Of a stretch of 64,000 bases of DNA, positions 9,760 through 18,140 are shown in pieces. Under the pieces are notes generated by a model that was not told where the DNA came from, ran no database searches, and saw nothing but the letters and a program-made list of their open reading frames with translations. The translations under genes were made by a program, and so were the position numbers. Position 1 is the first letter of the stretch; each line of letters begins with the position of its first letter. The stretch is from Candidatus Acidulodesulfobacterium sp. (lineage in GTDB: Bacteria; SZUA-79; Acidulodesulfobacterales; Acidulodesulfobacteraceae): the NCBI GenBank assembly GCA_049965795.1, contig JBMFVW010000001.1, forward strand, positions 53,917 to 117,916. Reading direction: 5' to 3'.

Positions 9760-11475
9760 TTATCTTATAATTTTGGGCGTCAGCATTATAAGCAGGTCTT
9801 CTTTTTGATTCGTATCGTTTGCCGATTTAAAAAGATCGCCTATGAGCGGAATTTTAGACAATAAAGGAATCCCATACGTATTTTTAACTTTATCCGTCGT
9901 CAGTATTCCTCCGACAAGTATCGTCGAACCCGATTTTACGTTTACGGTATCGGAAAAACTTTTCGATTCTATCACCGGATTACTGAAACTTTCCCCTCCT
10001 ATAGCAAAAGACTGATAGCCGGTGATAGAGTTATCTATAAGGCTTAAAGTAACGGAAACTGAATTATTCTTAAAATTGATATGCGGAGTAAAGGATATAG
10101 AAAGTCCGGTCTGAATCTGCGATATAACCGGATAAGTTTCCGTCTGCGACAGGCTTAACGCCATAGTCTGAATACTTGAAACATAAGGAGTTATAGTGCC
10201 TGACGATATAAGCCTCGTCTGACCGTCCATTAAAACAAGCCTCGGTTGAGATATAACGTCAACCGCCCCCTGAGTCCTAAGTGCATTTAAAATTGCGCTG
10301 TTGCTTCCCGAACCGTTAAAACCTATATACGGCACGTTGGAAATATTGTTTGAAGACGCAAGCTGAGCCGAAACCGACACGGAATCTGCCCCGAAAACAT
10401 TAGATTTAAAAGCCTGATTAAATAATAAATCCCAATTTATTCCCGCTTGAAATCCTTTATTTAAACTTACGTCTATTACCTCTACTTTCAAAAAAACCTG
10501 TTTTGAAAGAAACTTATTTATTCTTTTTATATAAGCCGCAACCTCGTTTACATTTGAAACCCTATCTTTAACCCATATCAATCCGTCTTTCGAATTAATA
10601 AAATATTTTCCGTTTTTAGTCAACATTTCTTTTATATTTTCGGAAATAATAGAATACAGGCTGCCTGATTCCGACAGCGTCAGCGATAAAGAGCCGGAAG
10701 GATTCCCTGAGTAACCGCCGTTATTTGAGGAATTCCCGTTTGAGCCGGAATTAATTAAACCCGACGGCAAAGAAGCCGACGATCCAGGGTTTCCGCCCGT
10801 AATACCGGTACTGCCTCCTTCCGGCATTTCCTGAGTATTTCCGTTATTAATGCCGGAATTAACGCCTCCTCCTTCTCCGATACCGCTCATGCCGACAGTC
10901 GAAGAAAAAGAGGATAACAGATCCGATACCGGAATATGAAAAGTTTTTTCTTCTACCGCATAAATATAAAGCATTTTATTTTTATAACTGTAGGCAAAAC
11001 CGTTAGAAACTAAAAGCCCGTTTAAAACTTTATACAACGGAATATTTTTATAATATACTTCGTTCCTGAGTTTATCGGGAAACCTACTGTAAATTACAAA
11101 AGGAATACCTGTTTCATGAGATAACGTCATCAAAGCCGACTTTACGCTTCCGTTTCCGGAAAGCGAAATTTTTTGCTTCAAAAAATAAGGCATATTAATA
11201 TTAATCAAACTTTTTTTGCAGATTCTTCCGTTTACTTCTTTGCAGCCGGTTTTTTTATTAACTTTTATAGACATACTATCTCTTTTTTTTCCGCCGAAAT
11301 TAATATGAACCACCCCTGCTTTTTTAATTTTAATACCGTATTTCTTAAGCAATCCGTCAAAACTGTTTAGATTTTTACCGTAAGCAGAGCTGATTTTAGC
11401 CGTTAAAAGCATACCGATACTTGCAACTGAAGTTATCAATACAAATATCGACAATTTTTTCTTTTTGTTTTTCAT
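9760..11475 (-). CDS. Secretin (GspD/PilQ family outer-membrane channel)
   Basis: Signal peptide and N-domains. C-terminal secretin core with 'IPLLSKIPLIGDLFK' and 'EDLLIMLTPKII', hallmark secretin motifs. First gene of the D-E-F-G ordered cluster. Confidence 0.85.
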   Translation of the reverse strand: MKNKKKKLSIFVLITSVASIGMLLTAKISSAYGKNLNSFDGLLKKYGIKIKKAGVVHINFGGKKRDSMSIKVNKKTGCKEVNGRICKKSLININMPYFLKQKISLSGNGSVKSALMTLSHETGIPFVIYSRFPDKLRNEVYYKNIPLYKVLNGLLVSNGFAYSYKNKMLYIYAVEEKTFHIPVSDLLSSFSSTVGMSGIGEGGGVNSGINNGNTQEMPEGGSTGITGGNPGSSASLPSGLINSGSNGNSSNNGGYSGNPSGSLSLTLSESGSLYSIISENIKEMLTKNGKYFINSKDGLIWVKDRVSNVNEVAAYIKRINKFLSKQVFLKVEVIDVSLNKGFQAGINWDLLFNQAFKSNVFGADSVSVSAQLASSNNISNVPYIGFNGSGSNSAILNALRTQGAVDVISQPRLVLMDGQTRLISSGTITPYVSSIQTMALSLSQTETYPVISQIQTGLSISFTPHINFKNNSVSVTLSLIDNSITGYQSFAIGGESFSNPVIESKSFSDTVNVKSGSTILVGGILTTDKVKNTYGIPLLSKIPLIGDLFKSANDTNQKEDLLIMLTPKIIR

Positions 11476-11532
11476 AATTTTTTGTTTTTAATCAAGTTAA
11501 TTTTTTTAAATATAATTCAATTATATTTTTTT

Positions 11533-11600
11533 AATGTTTCCACATTATGACAATTTTGTTACATTTATATTAAATTTTTGTTAAATTTATGTTACAAATC
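11533..11600 (-). promoter_or_regulatory. Putative extended -10 promoter plus 22-bp-phased direct repeats upstream of the secretin operon (copy 1 of a shared motif)
   Basis: The minus strand reads ...TTGTCATAAT..GGAAACATT about 58 nt upstream of the secretin ATG. It is ~75-80% identical by eye over ~68 bp to 16199..16267 upstream of comM. Confidence 0.5.
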
Positions 11601-11776
11601 TGGCAAGAATACAGCAAAAATCGTTTTTTAAAAGGTTTTTTATAGCGAAACGAGGAATAAAAAAATGGCAAATAATAAAATAAAATTTATATTGCAACAC
11701 AAACGCACTTCGATAATTGACAGAAATCGGTATAAATGGTATTATTTATATATTAAAGATACTACTATCCGATTAT

Positions 11777-11853
11777 GCGTTCATAGCTCAGATGGATAGA
11801 GCAACAGCCTTCTAAGCTGTGGGTCGCAGGTTCGAATCCTGCTGGACGCACCA
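11777..11853 (+). tRNA. tRNA-Arg (anticodon TCT), CCA encoded
   Basis: Cloverleaf read by eye: acceptor GCGTTCA/TGGACGC, D-arm GCTCAGATGGATAGAGC, anticodon arm ACAGC-CTTCTAA-GCTGT, T-arm GCAGGTTCGAATCCTGC, then ACCA. Confidence 0.93.
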
Positions 11854-12259
11854 CTTAAACACGCATGATACTATTTCGCAAATTATTGGGCTAATACAAA
11901 AATAGTCAGGTCTATAAATCTCGTCTTGCCTGAATATAAATGAAAATCGCATGTCCGGGAATATTAGGCTATATAGTCGAAAAAGAAGAACAAGGTTACG
12001 GTTTTTAAAAACCGTAAATAAACATTTGAAATTTATATAAGCATTTGCGATATTTAATTTCCGTTTTATAAAATACCACAGCAGTCCATATTCCATATAA
12101 TTAATTTTAAATAAAACGTAATTATATTTTAAAATTTTCTTGACTTGTATTAAAAAAAAAGATATCGTTAATTAACTATTCAACGTATGTTTTTATAAAA
12201 AATATAAAAGCGTTTGATTAAATCAAAATAATTTTAACATCTAATTTATTTTAAAATCT

Positions 12260-13411
12260 ATGAAAAACAATAATTTTCGTCCTTTTAAACAATTAAACAA
12301 ACCGAGCGATCTTATAAGGCAGTTTACTCCTAACTGGTTTACTATGAATATGGGTACAGGAATATTGTCGCTAATGCTGGCGGCTTTTCCGTATCATATT
12401 GCGGGGTTATTAATTGCAGCTAAAACTTTATGGATAATAAATATTTTTCTTTTTATAATATTCAGCATTTTATTTATAAGCAGATTTGCGTTTTATTTTA
12501 ATTCCGCAAAAAAATTATTTAGCCATCCTGTGCAGTCTATGTTCCTTGGGGCTATTCCGATGGGACTTGTTACTATTATAAACGGTTTTTTAAATTTCGC
12601 AGCTCCCAAAATGGTAGGGCTTGCTTTTTACTTGTGGTGGTTAGACGTCATTATAAGTTTTGTAGTCGGGCTTATGGTTCCTTTCTATATGTTTACGCAC
12701 CATGCCCATAGCATAGAAGATATGACGGCGGTATGGCTTCTGCCTATCGTTCCGGCAGAAGTTGCAGCTGCATCGGCAGGTTTTCTTGCACAGCATCTTT
12801 CGCCTGCTTCGGCAAGAAACGTTATTGTTACGGGCTATGCCCTTTGGGCTTTTTCGGTGCCGCTGGCTTTCGGTATTCTTGTAATACTTTTTTTGCGTCT
12901 TGCCTGGCATAAACTGCCTCATAGGGATATGGCCGTTTCTACGTGGTTGACGCTTGGACCTATAGGCACCGGAAGTATGGGACTTCTTCTTTTGGGAAAC
13001 GATGCTCCGAGGGCATTTGTGGGGACTAAACTTTTAATTTATGCAAAAACCGCTTCGGCATTCGGACCTATAGGCGGATTGATTATATGGGGATTCGGAT
13101 TCTGGTGGTTGATGATGGCTATATTATTAACGATAAGATATGTAAAAGAAGGTCTGCCTTTTAATATGGGCTGGTGGGGATTCACCTTCCCTCTGGGTGT
13201 TTATACGGCGGCAACAATTATATTATATAGACTTACGGACATAGAATTTTTCAGGGTAGCCGGAGCTATTTTCGTTATAATGCTTGCATCCTTCTGGACT
13301 ATCGTAACTTCAAGGACGCTTCACGGCATGTGGCACGGATATCTGTTTAAGGCGCCTTGTTTGTCAAACGAAACCGGTTTGCCGGACGAATCTAAAGAAT
13401 GCCTGCAGTAA
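12260..13411 (+). CDS. TDT-family transporter (TehA/Mae1/SLAC1-like C4-dicarboxylate / tellurite-resistance family)
   Basis: 383 aa, ~10 TM helices. N-terminal 'PNWFTMNMGTGILS' and 'LPIVPAEVAA' segments are typical of the family. Confidence 0.8.
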   Translation: MKNNNFRPFKQLNKPSDLIRQFTPNWFTMNMGTGILSLMLAAFPYHIAGLLIAAKTLWIINIFLFIIFSILFISRFAFYFNSAKKLFSHPVQSMFLGAIPMGLVTIINGFLNFAAPKMVGLAFYLWWLDVIISFVVGLMVPFYMFTHHAHSIEDMTAVWLLPIVPAEVAAASAGFLAQHLSPASARNVIVTGYALWAFSVPLAFGILVILFLRLAWHKLPHRDMAVSTWLTLGPIGTGSMGLLLLGNDAPRAFVGTKLLIYAKTASAFGPIGGLIIWGFGFWWLMMAILLTIRYVKEGLPFNMGWWGFTFPLGVYTAATIILYRLTDIEFFRVAGAIFVIMLASFWTIVTSRTLHGMWHGYLFKAPCLSNETGLPDESKECLQ

Positions 13412-13453
13412 AAAAACATAAATAATATAAAAAAATTAAAGGGGATTTAAAAA

Positions 13454-14466
13454 ATGAAAAGAATCAAAATTTTATTTTTTTTCTACTTAATGCTTTTATC
13501 GATGATGTTTATAAAATTGGCATCTCCAAAAAAAGCTTATGCGGGACCCGACGGTTCCGGAAACAATTTTTTCTACAAAGGCTCTTTTGCTTTCGGCACA
13601 CCTCCTACAAATAAATTTATTACTTATCAGATGTTGACGTACGAAGCTTGGGGTTCCGCCTTTAATAATAACGGACAATCGGTAAATCTGCCGGCTCCAG
13701 TAACAAGGTATGTATATCTGCCGGAATTTATATGGACGAATAAAATATTAATACAAATCTTACAAACCTTTTTCAAGTAATAGTGCCTTTCGGACAGGCG
13801 ACGCAACATAAGAGCAGCCCGCAAGTTTCTATAAGCGGTCAAACATATAATTATTCAAATTCAAGTTCGGGATTAGGGGATATATTGGTTTATGAAGGAG
13901 TATCTACCAAAACTTACTCTGACGGAAATTTGTCCGCAAATTTATTTCCGCAGGTTAGTTTTACGGTTCCGGCAGGCAACTGGAACAATGATTCTACTAT
14001 AAATCTGGGCGGCGACGAATGGCAGATAATGCCTACTTTGACAGGCGAGGTTTCTTACAAATTGCCGTCTAATATGAATTTAGCATTTGACTACGCAGTA
14101 GGCTACAGCTACAACGAAGGACATTCTGCTATAAATATGGCTGAAGTCAATACCGGAGGAGCCAGCATAACCAACCCTTCAAACAACTTTTTTGCCGATG
14201 GATTCTTAAACTATTACATAACGCCTTATTTAGACATATATAACGAAACCACTTACGTTAAACAGGGTGCAAACGACGGATATATTGGAAAAGGCACACC
14301 CGTTTACACTCAAATCAACAACGGCTATAAAGACGTAGCAACCGGTTTCGGCATAGACTACCATATTAAAAACGTTATGATAGACGCGCGCGTATTAAGA
14401 GACTTGCACGGCGATAACGGTCCTGACGGATTTTACAGCCAGGTCGGTTTAATAATGGTATTCTAA
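13454..14466 (+). pseudogene. Outer-membrane beta-barrel protein gene (MetA-pathway/'transporter' OMP-like) split by an apparent frameshift near 13740..13780
   Basis: ORF 13454..13780 supplies a signal peptide (..KLASPKKAYA|G) and the first strands. The downstream frame is open from 13744 and continues as a beta-barrel with alternating aromatic pattern ending in '...QVGLIMVF'. The frames overlap in the A/T-rich 'gaataaaatattaata'. Confidence 0.5.
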
Positions 14467-14500
14467 AAAAACTAACAGCTGATAAAACAAGTATTAGCAT

Positions 14501-16135
14501 TTACGCTTTTATAAGTTTTGTATTTCTGTAATTTAATGCTTCCAATACTGAATCTGCATCTATTTTTTCTTTCACGTCGAGGTCTGCTATAGTCCTGGCA
14601 ACGCGCAATATTCTATAGTAGCCTCTCGTGGAAATATTTAATCTTTTTACGGCGTTTTGGGCAAGATTAAGAGCTTCATTAGTTGCGCTAAAATGTGTTT
14701 CTATATCTGCGCTTTTTACCGACGAGTTAAATCTGATACCGGTATTTTTATATCTGTCTATTTGAATATTTCTTGTTTTTTCGACTAATTTTTTAATATC
14801 GGCGGAACAAGGAATATCTGCCTTAACTCTTAATTCCTCTAAATCAGCAGGATAAATCTCTATAAATATGTCGAATCTGTCGAGAATCGGACCCGATATT
14901 TTGGTATAAAATTTATAAATTTCTGCGCTTGAACATTTGCACTCATGCTTAGTATCGCCGTAATATCCGCAAGGGCAGGGATTCATTGCTGCTACAAGCA
15001 TAAAATTGCTCGGCAGGATTATAGAAAAACGGCTCCTCGACAAATTAATATATTTATCTTCCATCGGCTGCCTTAAGCCGTCTATAGTTTTTCTGTTAAG
15101 TTCGGAAAATTCGTCTATAAAAAGAACTCCGTTATGCGCGAGGCTTATATCGCCGGGCAGAGGGTTTGAACCTCCGCCTCCGCCTATCAATCCGGCAAGT
15201 GATGCCGTATGATGCACCTCAATAAAAGGTCTTCTTAATATAAGTCCTATTTCCTCGACGCCGTTTTTTTTATTTTTATTTGAAAAACTATAAATATTAG
15301 AAGTCTCCAGCGATTCCTCAAGCGATAAGTCCGGCTGAATGCCTGCTATGCTGTGCGCAAGCATAGTTTTTCCGCTTCCCGGAGGACCTATCATTAATAT
15401 GTTGTGATGCCCGGCTACCGCAGTTAAAACAGCTCTTTTAGCAAGTTCCTGTCCCTTGATTTCCGCAAAATCGATATACCGCTCCCGCTCCTTTTTAGCT
15501 GCTTTTGCGTTTTCGATAATATTTTTAAAGTAAATATTTTCATCATTATTTTCGTAATTTATATTTATCTTACTCTTATTATTGAAATAAATCTGCGATT
15601 CTTTTTCTTCTTTTTCAAAATAAGCCGTTTCTCCCGAAATAAACATGCATAATTCTTTTAAACTGCCGAACGCCGCAAAATCGACTCCGAGAAATTTTGC
15701 CGCGTTTATATTTTCATAAGGGATAATTAACTTTTTATTTATTTTTTTAGCAAGTATTCCAAGAGCAATTATGCCGTTAATCTTTTTTATTTTTCCGTTT
15801 AAAGACAGTTCTCCGGCGATTATATAATCGTTAAGATTTAAGGCGCATTTTAGAAGTCCTGCGGAAATTAAAATACCGACGGCAAGAGGCAGGTCGAATA
15901 TCGGACCTTCTTTTCTTATATCTGCGGGGGCAAGATTAATAGTTATTTTTTTTACCGGATATTCAAAACCGGAATTTTTTATCGCGGCTCTTACTCTGTC
16001 TTTTGCCTCTTTAGTGGAAACATCGGGGAGTCCTACTATCATAATACCGGGTATGCCGCCCGATATAAAAACTTCTACGTTCACGGGAACGGCCTCTATT
16101 CCGATAAAAGTCGCGCTGTTTAAAGCCACTATCAT
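14501..16135 (-). CDS. comM: ComM/YifB-family Mg-chelatase-like AAA+ ATPase (competence-associated helicase family)
   Basis: N-terminal Lon-protease-like ChlI domain. Walker A 'GPPGSGKTMLA', Walker B 'VLFIDEF', zinc-binding 'NPCPCGYYGD..HECKC'. C-terminal Mg_chelatase_C-like segment. Confidence 0.92.
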   Translation of the reverse strand: MIVALNSATFIGIEAVPVNVEVFISGGIPGIMIVGLPDVSTKEAKDRVRAAIKNSGFEYPVKKITINLAPADIRKEGPIFDLPLAVGILISAGLLKCALNLNDYIIAGELSLNGKIKKINGIIALGILAKKINKKLIIPYENINAAKFLGVDFAAFGSLKELCMFISGETAYFEKEEKESQIYFNNKSKININYENNDENIYFKNIIENAKAAKKERERYIDFAEIKGQELAKRAVLTAVAGHHNILMIGPPGSGKTMLAHSIAGIQPDLSLEESLETSNIYSFSNKNKKNGVEEIGLILRRPFIEVHHTASLAGLIGGGGGSNPLPGDISLAHNGVLFIDEFSELNRKTIDGLRQPMEDKYINLSRSRFSIILPSNFMLVAAMNPCPCGYYGDTKHECKCSSAEIYKFYTKISGPILDRFDIFIEIYPADLEELRVKADIPCSADIKKLVEKTRNIQIDRYKNTGIRFNSSVKSADIETHFSATNEALNLAQNAVKRLNISTRGYYRILRVARTIADLDVKEKIDADSVLEALNYRNTKLIKA

Positions 16136-16198
16136 AATACCGAAACCTCTTTTTTTAATAAATAATTTTAAAATCCTTCTTATTTATTATAAAAAAAA

Positions 16199-16267
16199 AA
16201 TGTTTCAGAATTATGACAAATATGTTACGATTGCGTTAAATTTTTATTACGATTGCGTTACAATATC
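16199..16267 (-). promoter_or_regulatory. Putative extended -10 promoter plus two perfect 14-bp direct repeats upstream of comM (copy 2 of the shared motif)
   Basis: Plus strand has TTACGATTGCGTTA at 16225..16238 and 16247..16260 (22-bp period). Minus strand has TTGTCATAAT about 64 nt upstream of the comM start. Collinear with 11533..11600. Confidence 0.5.
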
Positions 16268-16675
16268 TTATAATCTCCAGCCTTTATCTAATGCAAGCCT
16301 GTTTATTTCGGATAAAACGTCCGCAACGTTTTTTAAATCTTTTAAAAGTGTCGAGGAAATAATATAATCAAAAGCATCTTCGTAAAATTCTTTAAAATCT
16401 CCGATTATATTCATTGAACCTTCAAAATCGGTCCCCGGCAGAAAAAGATAAACAATATCGTTTTTAACGGATACTACGTCAGAATCTCTCAAAACGCCGC
16501 TTAATGTTTTTAAAAAATCGTCGTTGTATTTTTTTATATTTAAAATAACTATAGACACATAATCTATAGCCGCTAAATCTTCGGCAAGCCTTAGCTCTTT
16601 TTGTATCCTTCTCATATTGCAGGCCGAGTGATCGAAAACCGGTTCAAAATATTCAAAGGGAAAAAATTTAGCCAT
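16268..16675 (-). CDS. Hypothetical cytoplasmic protein (135 aa)
   Basis: Clean ORF in operon-like position upstream of comM. I recognise no motif. Confidence 0.5.
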   Translation of the reverse strand: MAKFFPFEYFEPVFDHSACNMRRIQKELRLAEDLAAIDYVSIVILNIKKYNDDFLKTLSGVLRDSDVVSVKNDIVYLFLPGTDFEGSMNIIGDFKEFYEDAFDYIISSTLLKDLKNVADVLSEINRLALDKGWRL

Positions 16676-16763
16676 AACTGCCTCCGCTATTATTTTTATT
16701 TTTATTATATATCACAGACTATGCGTAATTACTGGCAATAGTCAAAATCATATTAATATTATA

Positions 16764-18125
16764 TCAGAAAAAATAAGCTAAAAGGGTTTTTTCGGAAACG
16801 CCTCCGCCTTCTATTCTCCAAACCGGTTTTTCCACGACTAAAGCCGATAAAGCAATCTTCTTTTTACCTGCTTCTCCGAAACCGGCAAACCACTGGTATA
16901 GACCTGTAGGATTATTTCCGGATATAGTTCCGGTTTTTCCTCCCGCTACAACGCCTGGAAGCATATAGCTGCCGTTGTAGCTGTAAAAATCGGGATGCGC
17001 TATCCCGTTAGTAACGGTTGCTATCATCATCTGTTTTAAAACATAAGCCGTTTTTACCGTAATAGGATTGCCTATAACCTTAACACCGCTGTGTTTATAA
17101 ATAATTTTGCCGGTTGCCGAAATGATTTCTTTTATTATATATGGTTCAATTAATCTCCCGCCGTTTATTGCGGTGCCGGCAATCATTGCCGCCTGAATCG
17201 GCGTTATCTTAACGTTTTCAAAGCCTGCGCCGGTAAGTTCCAATTGATAAAATTTTCTGGGTATATATGCTTTACTTTCCTGCAAATTTAATATAAAAGG
17301 TATTTTTTTATTGAAATTAAATTTATTGAAATAACGGGACAGCAGTTTTCTTCCTACATAATACCCTGCAATTTTTCCGAAAGCTACGTCGCATGATTTA
17401 GCAAACGCTTCTTTAAAAGATATATCGTTAGAACCTGTTCCTATATTTTGCTCCCAGTTTGTTTTATCGGTTCCGTAAAGCGTGCCGTTAAAACAGATAT
17501 TTAATCCGGGGTAAAAACCTTTGGATTCGATAGCTGCAGATGCCGTAATTATTTTTACGATTGAGCCTGGGGGATAAGCTAAAAGCGGCGAAATCTCGGC
17601 TGATTTCTTTTTATTATAAGCATAAGAAGCAAAACCCAATACTGCACCAGTTTCAGGATTAACGGCGGCAAGCACACCGTACGGCACTGCATATTTTTTA
17701 AATACTTTTTCGGCTTCTTCTTGAACTGAAGGATTAACTGTATATACTACGGTATAATTTCCTATTTTTTGGATATATCGTCCGTTTTTAATCGTTTTGA
17801 AAACCGGATTATGATATTTAAAATACCGCTTAAGAGATTTTAGCGAATTTACGCTGCCGGAACTGAAATCGTTAAATCCCCGTTTTTTTAAAACGGCGGA
17901 AGCCTTAATAAATTTTATAGGCCTTATGCCCGTTCCAAGCACGGGTTTATTATTCGACAAGAAAAAATGCCTGCCATAATAATAGAACTTAACGAAACCG
18001 AATAGAAAAGCGGATGCAAGAGCCAACAGCACTATATACTTGGCAAAATAAACAAACCTGTTTTTCTTATTTTTTCTTTTATTAAGCGTCCGCTGGTATG
18101 ATTTCCAGTCTTTTATTCTTTCCAT
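16764..18125 (-). CDS. Penicillin-binding protein, transpeptidase type (class B-like)
   Basis: N-terminal membrane anchor. Active-site SxxK as 'GSIVK' and a 'KTGT' box near the C-terminus. Confidence 0.8.
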   Translation of the reverse strand: MERIKDWKSYQRTLNKRKNKKNRFVYFAKYIVLLALASAFLFGFVKFYYYGRHFFLSNNKPVLGTGIRPIKFIKASAVLKKRGFNDFSSGSVNSLKSLKRYFKYHNPVFKTIKNGRYIQKIGNYTVVYTVNPSVQEEAEKVFKKYAVPYGVLAAVNPETGAVLGFASYAYNKKKSAEISPLLAYPPGSIVKIITASAAIESKGFYPGLNICFNGTLYGTDKTNWEQNIGTGSNDISFKEAFAKSCDVAFGKIAGYYVGRKLLSRYFNKFNFNKKIPFILNLQESKAYIPRKFYQLELTGAGFENVKITPIQAAMIAGTAINGGRLIEPYIIKEIISATGKIIYKHSGVKVIGNPITVKTAYVLKQMMIATVTNGIAHPDFYSYNGSYMLPGVVAGGKTGTISGNNPTGLYQWFAGFGEAGKKKIALSALVVEKPVWRIEGGGVSEKTLLAYFF

Positions 18126-18140
18126 CCTTTATTGCTTTAT

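Noticed and set aside
11996-12017. Perfect palindrome TTACGGTTTTTAAAAACCGTAA as a terminator for tRNA-Arg
   Set aside because: No U-tract follows on either strand and it lies ~140 nt past the tRNA. It could be a protein-binding site, but I cannot support a terminator call.
11812-12096. 94-aa minus-strand ORF downstream of and overlapping tRNA-Arg
   Set aside because: Its C-terminal end (...QQDSNLRPTA) is simply the antisense translation of the tRNA T-arm and acceptor. The rest is A/T-rich spacer with no recognisable protein features.
11854-12259. ~400-bp non-coding stretch after tRNA-Arg as a remnant integration site of a mobile element
   Set aside because: I could find no direct repeat of the tRNA 3' end, no integrase or phage gene, and the flanking genes are ordinary.
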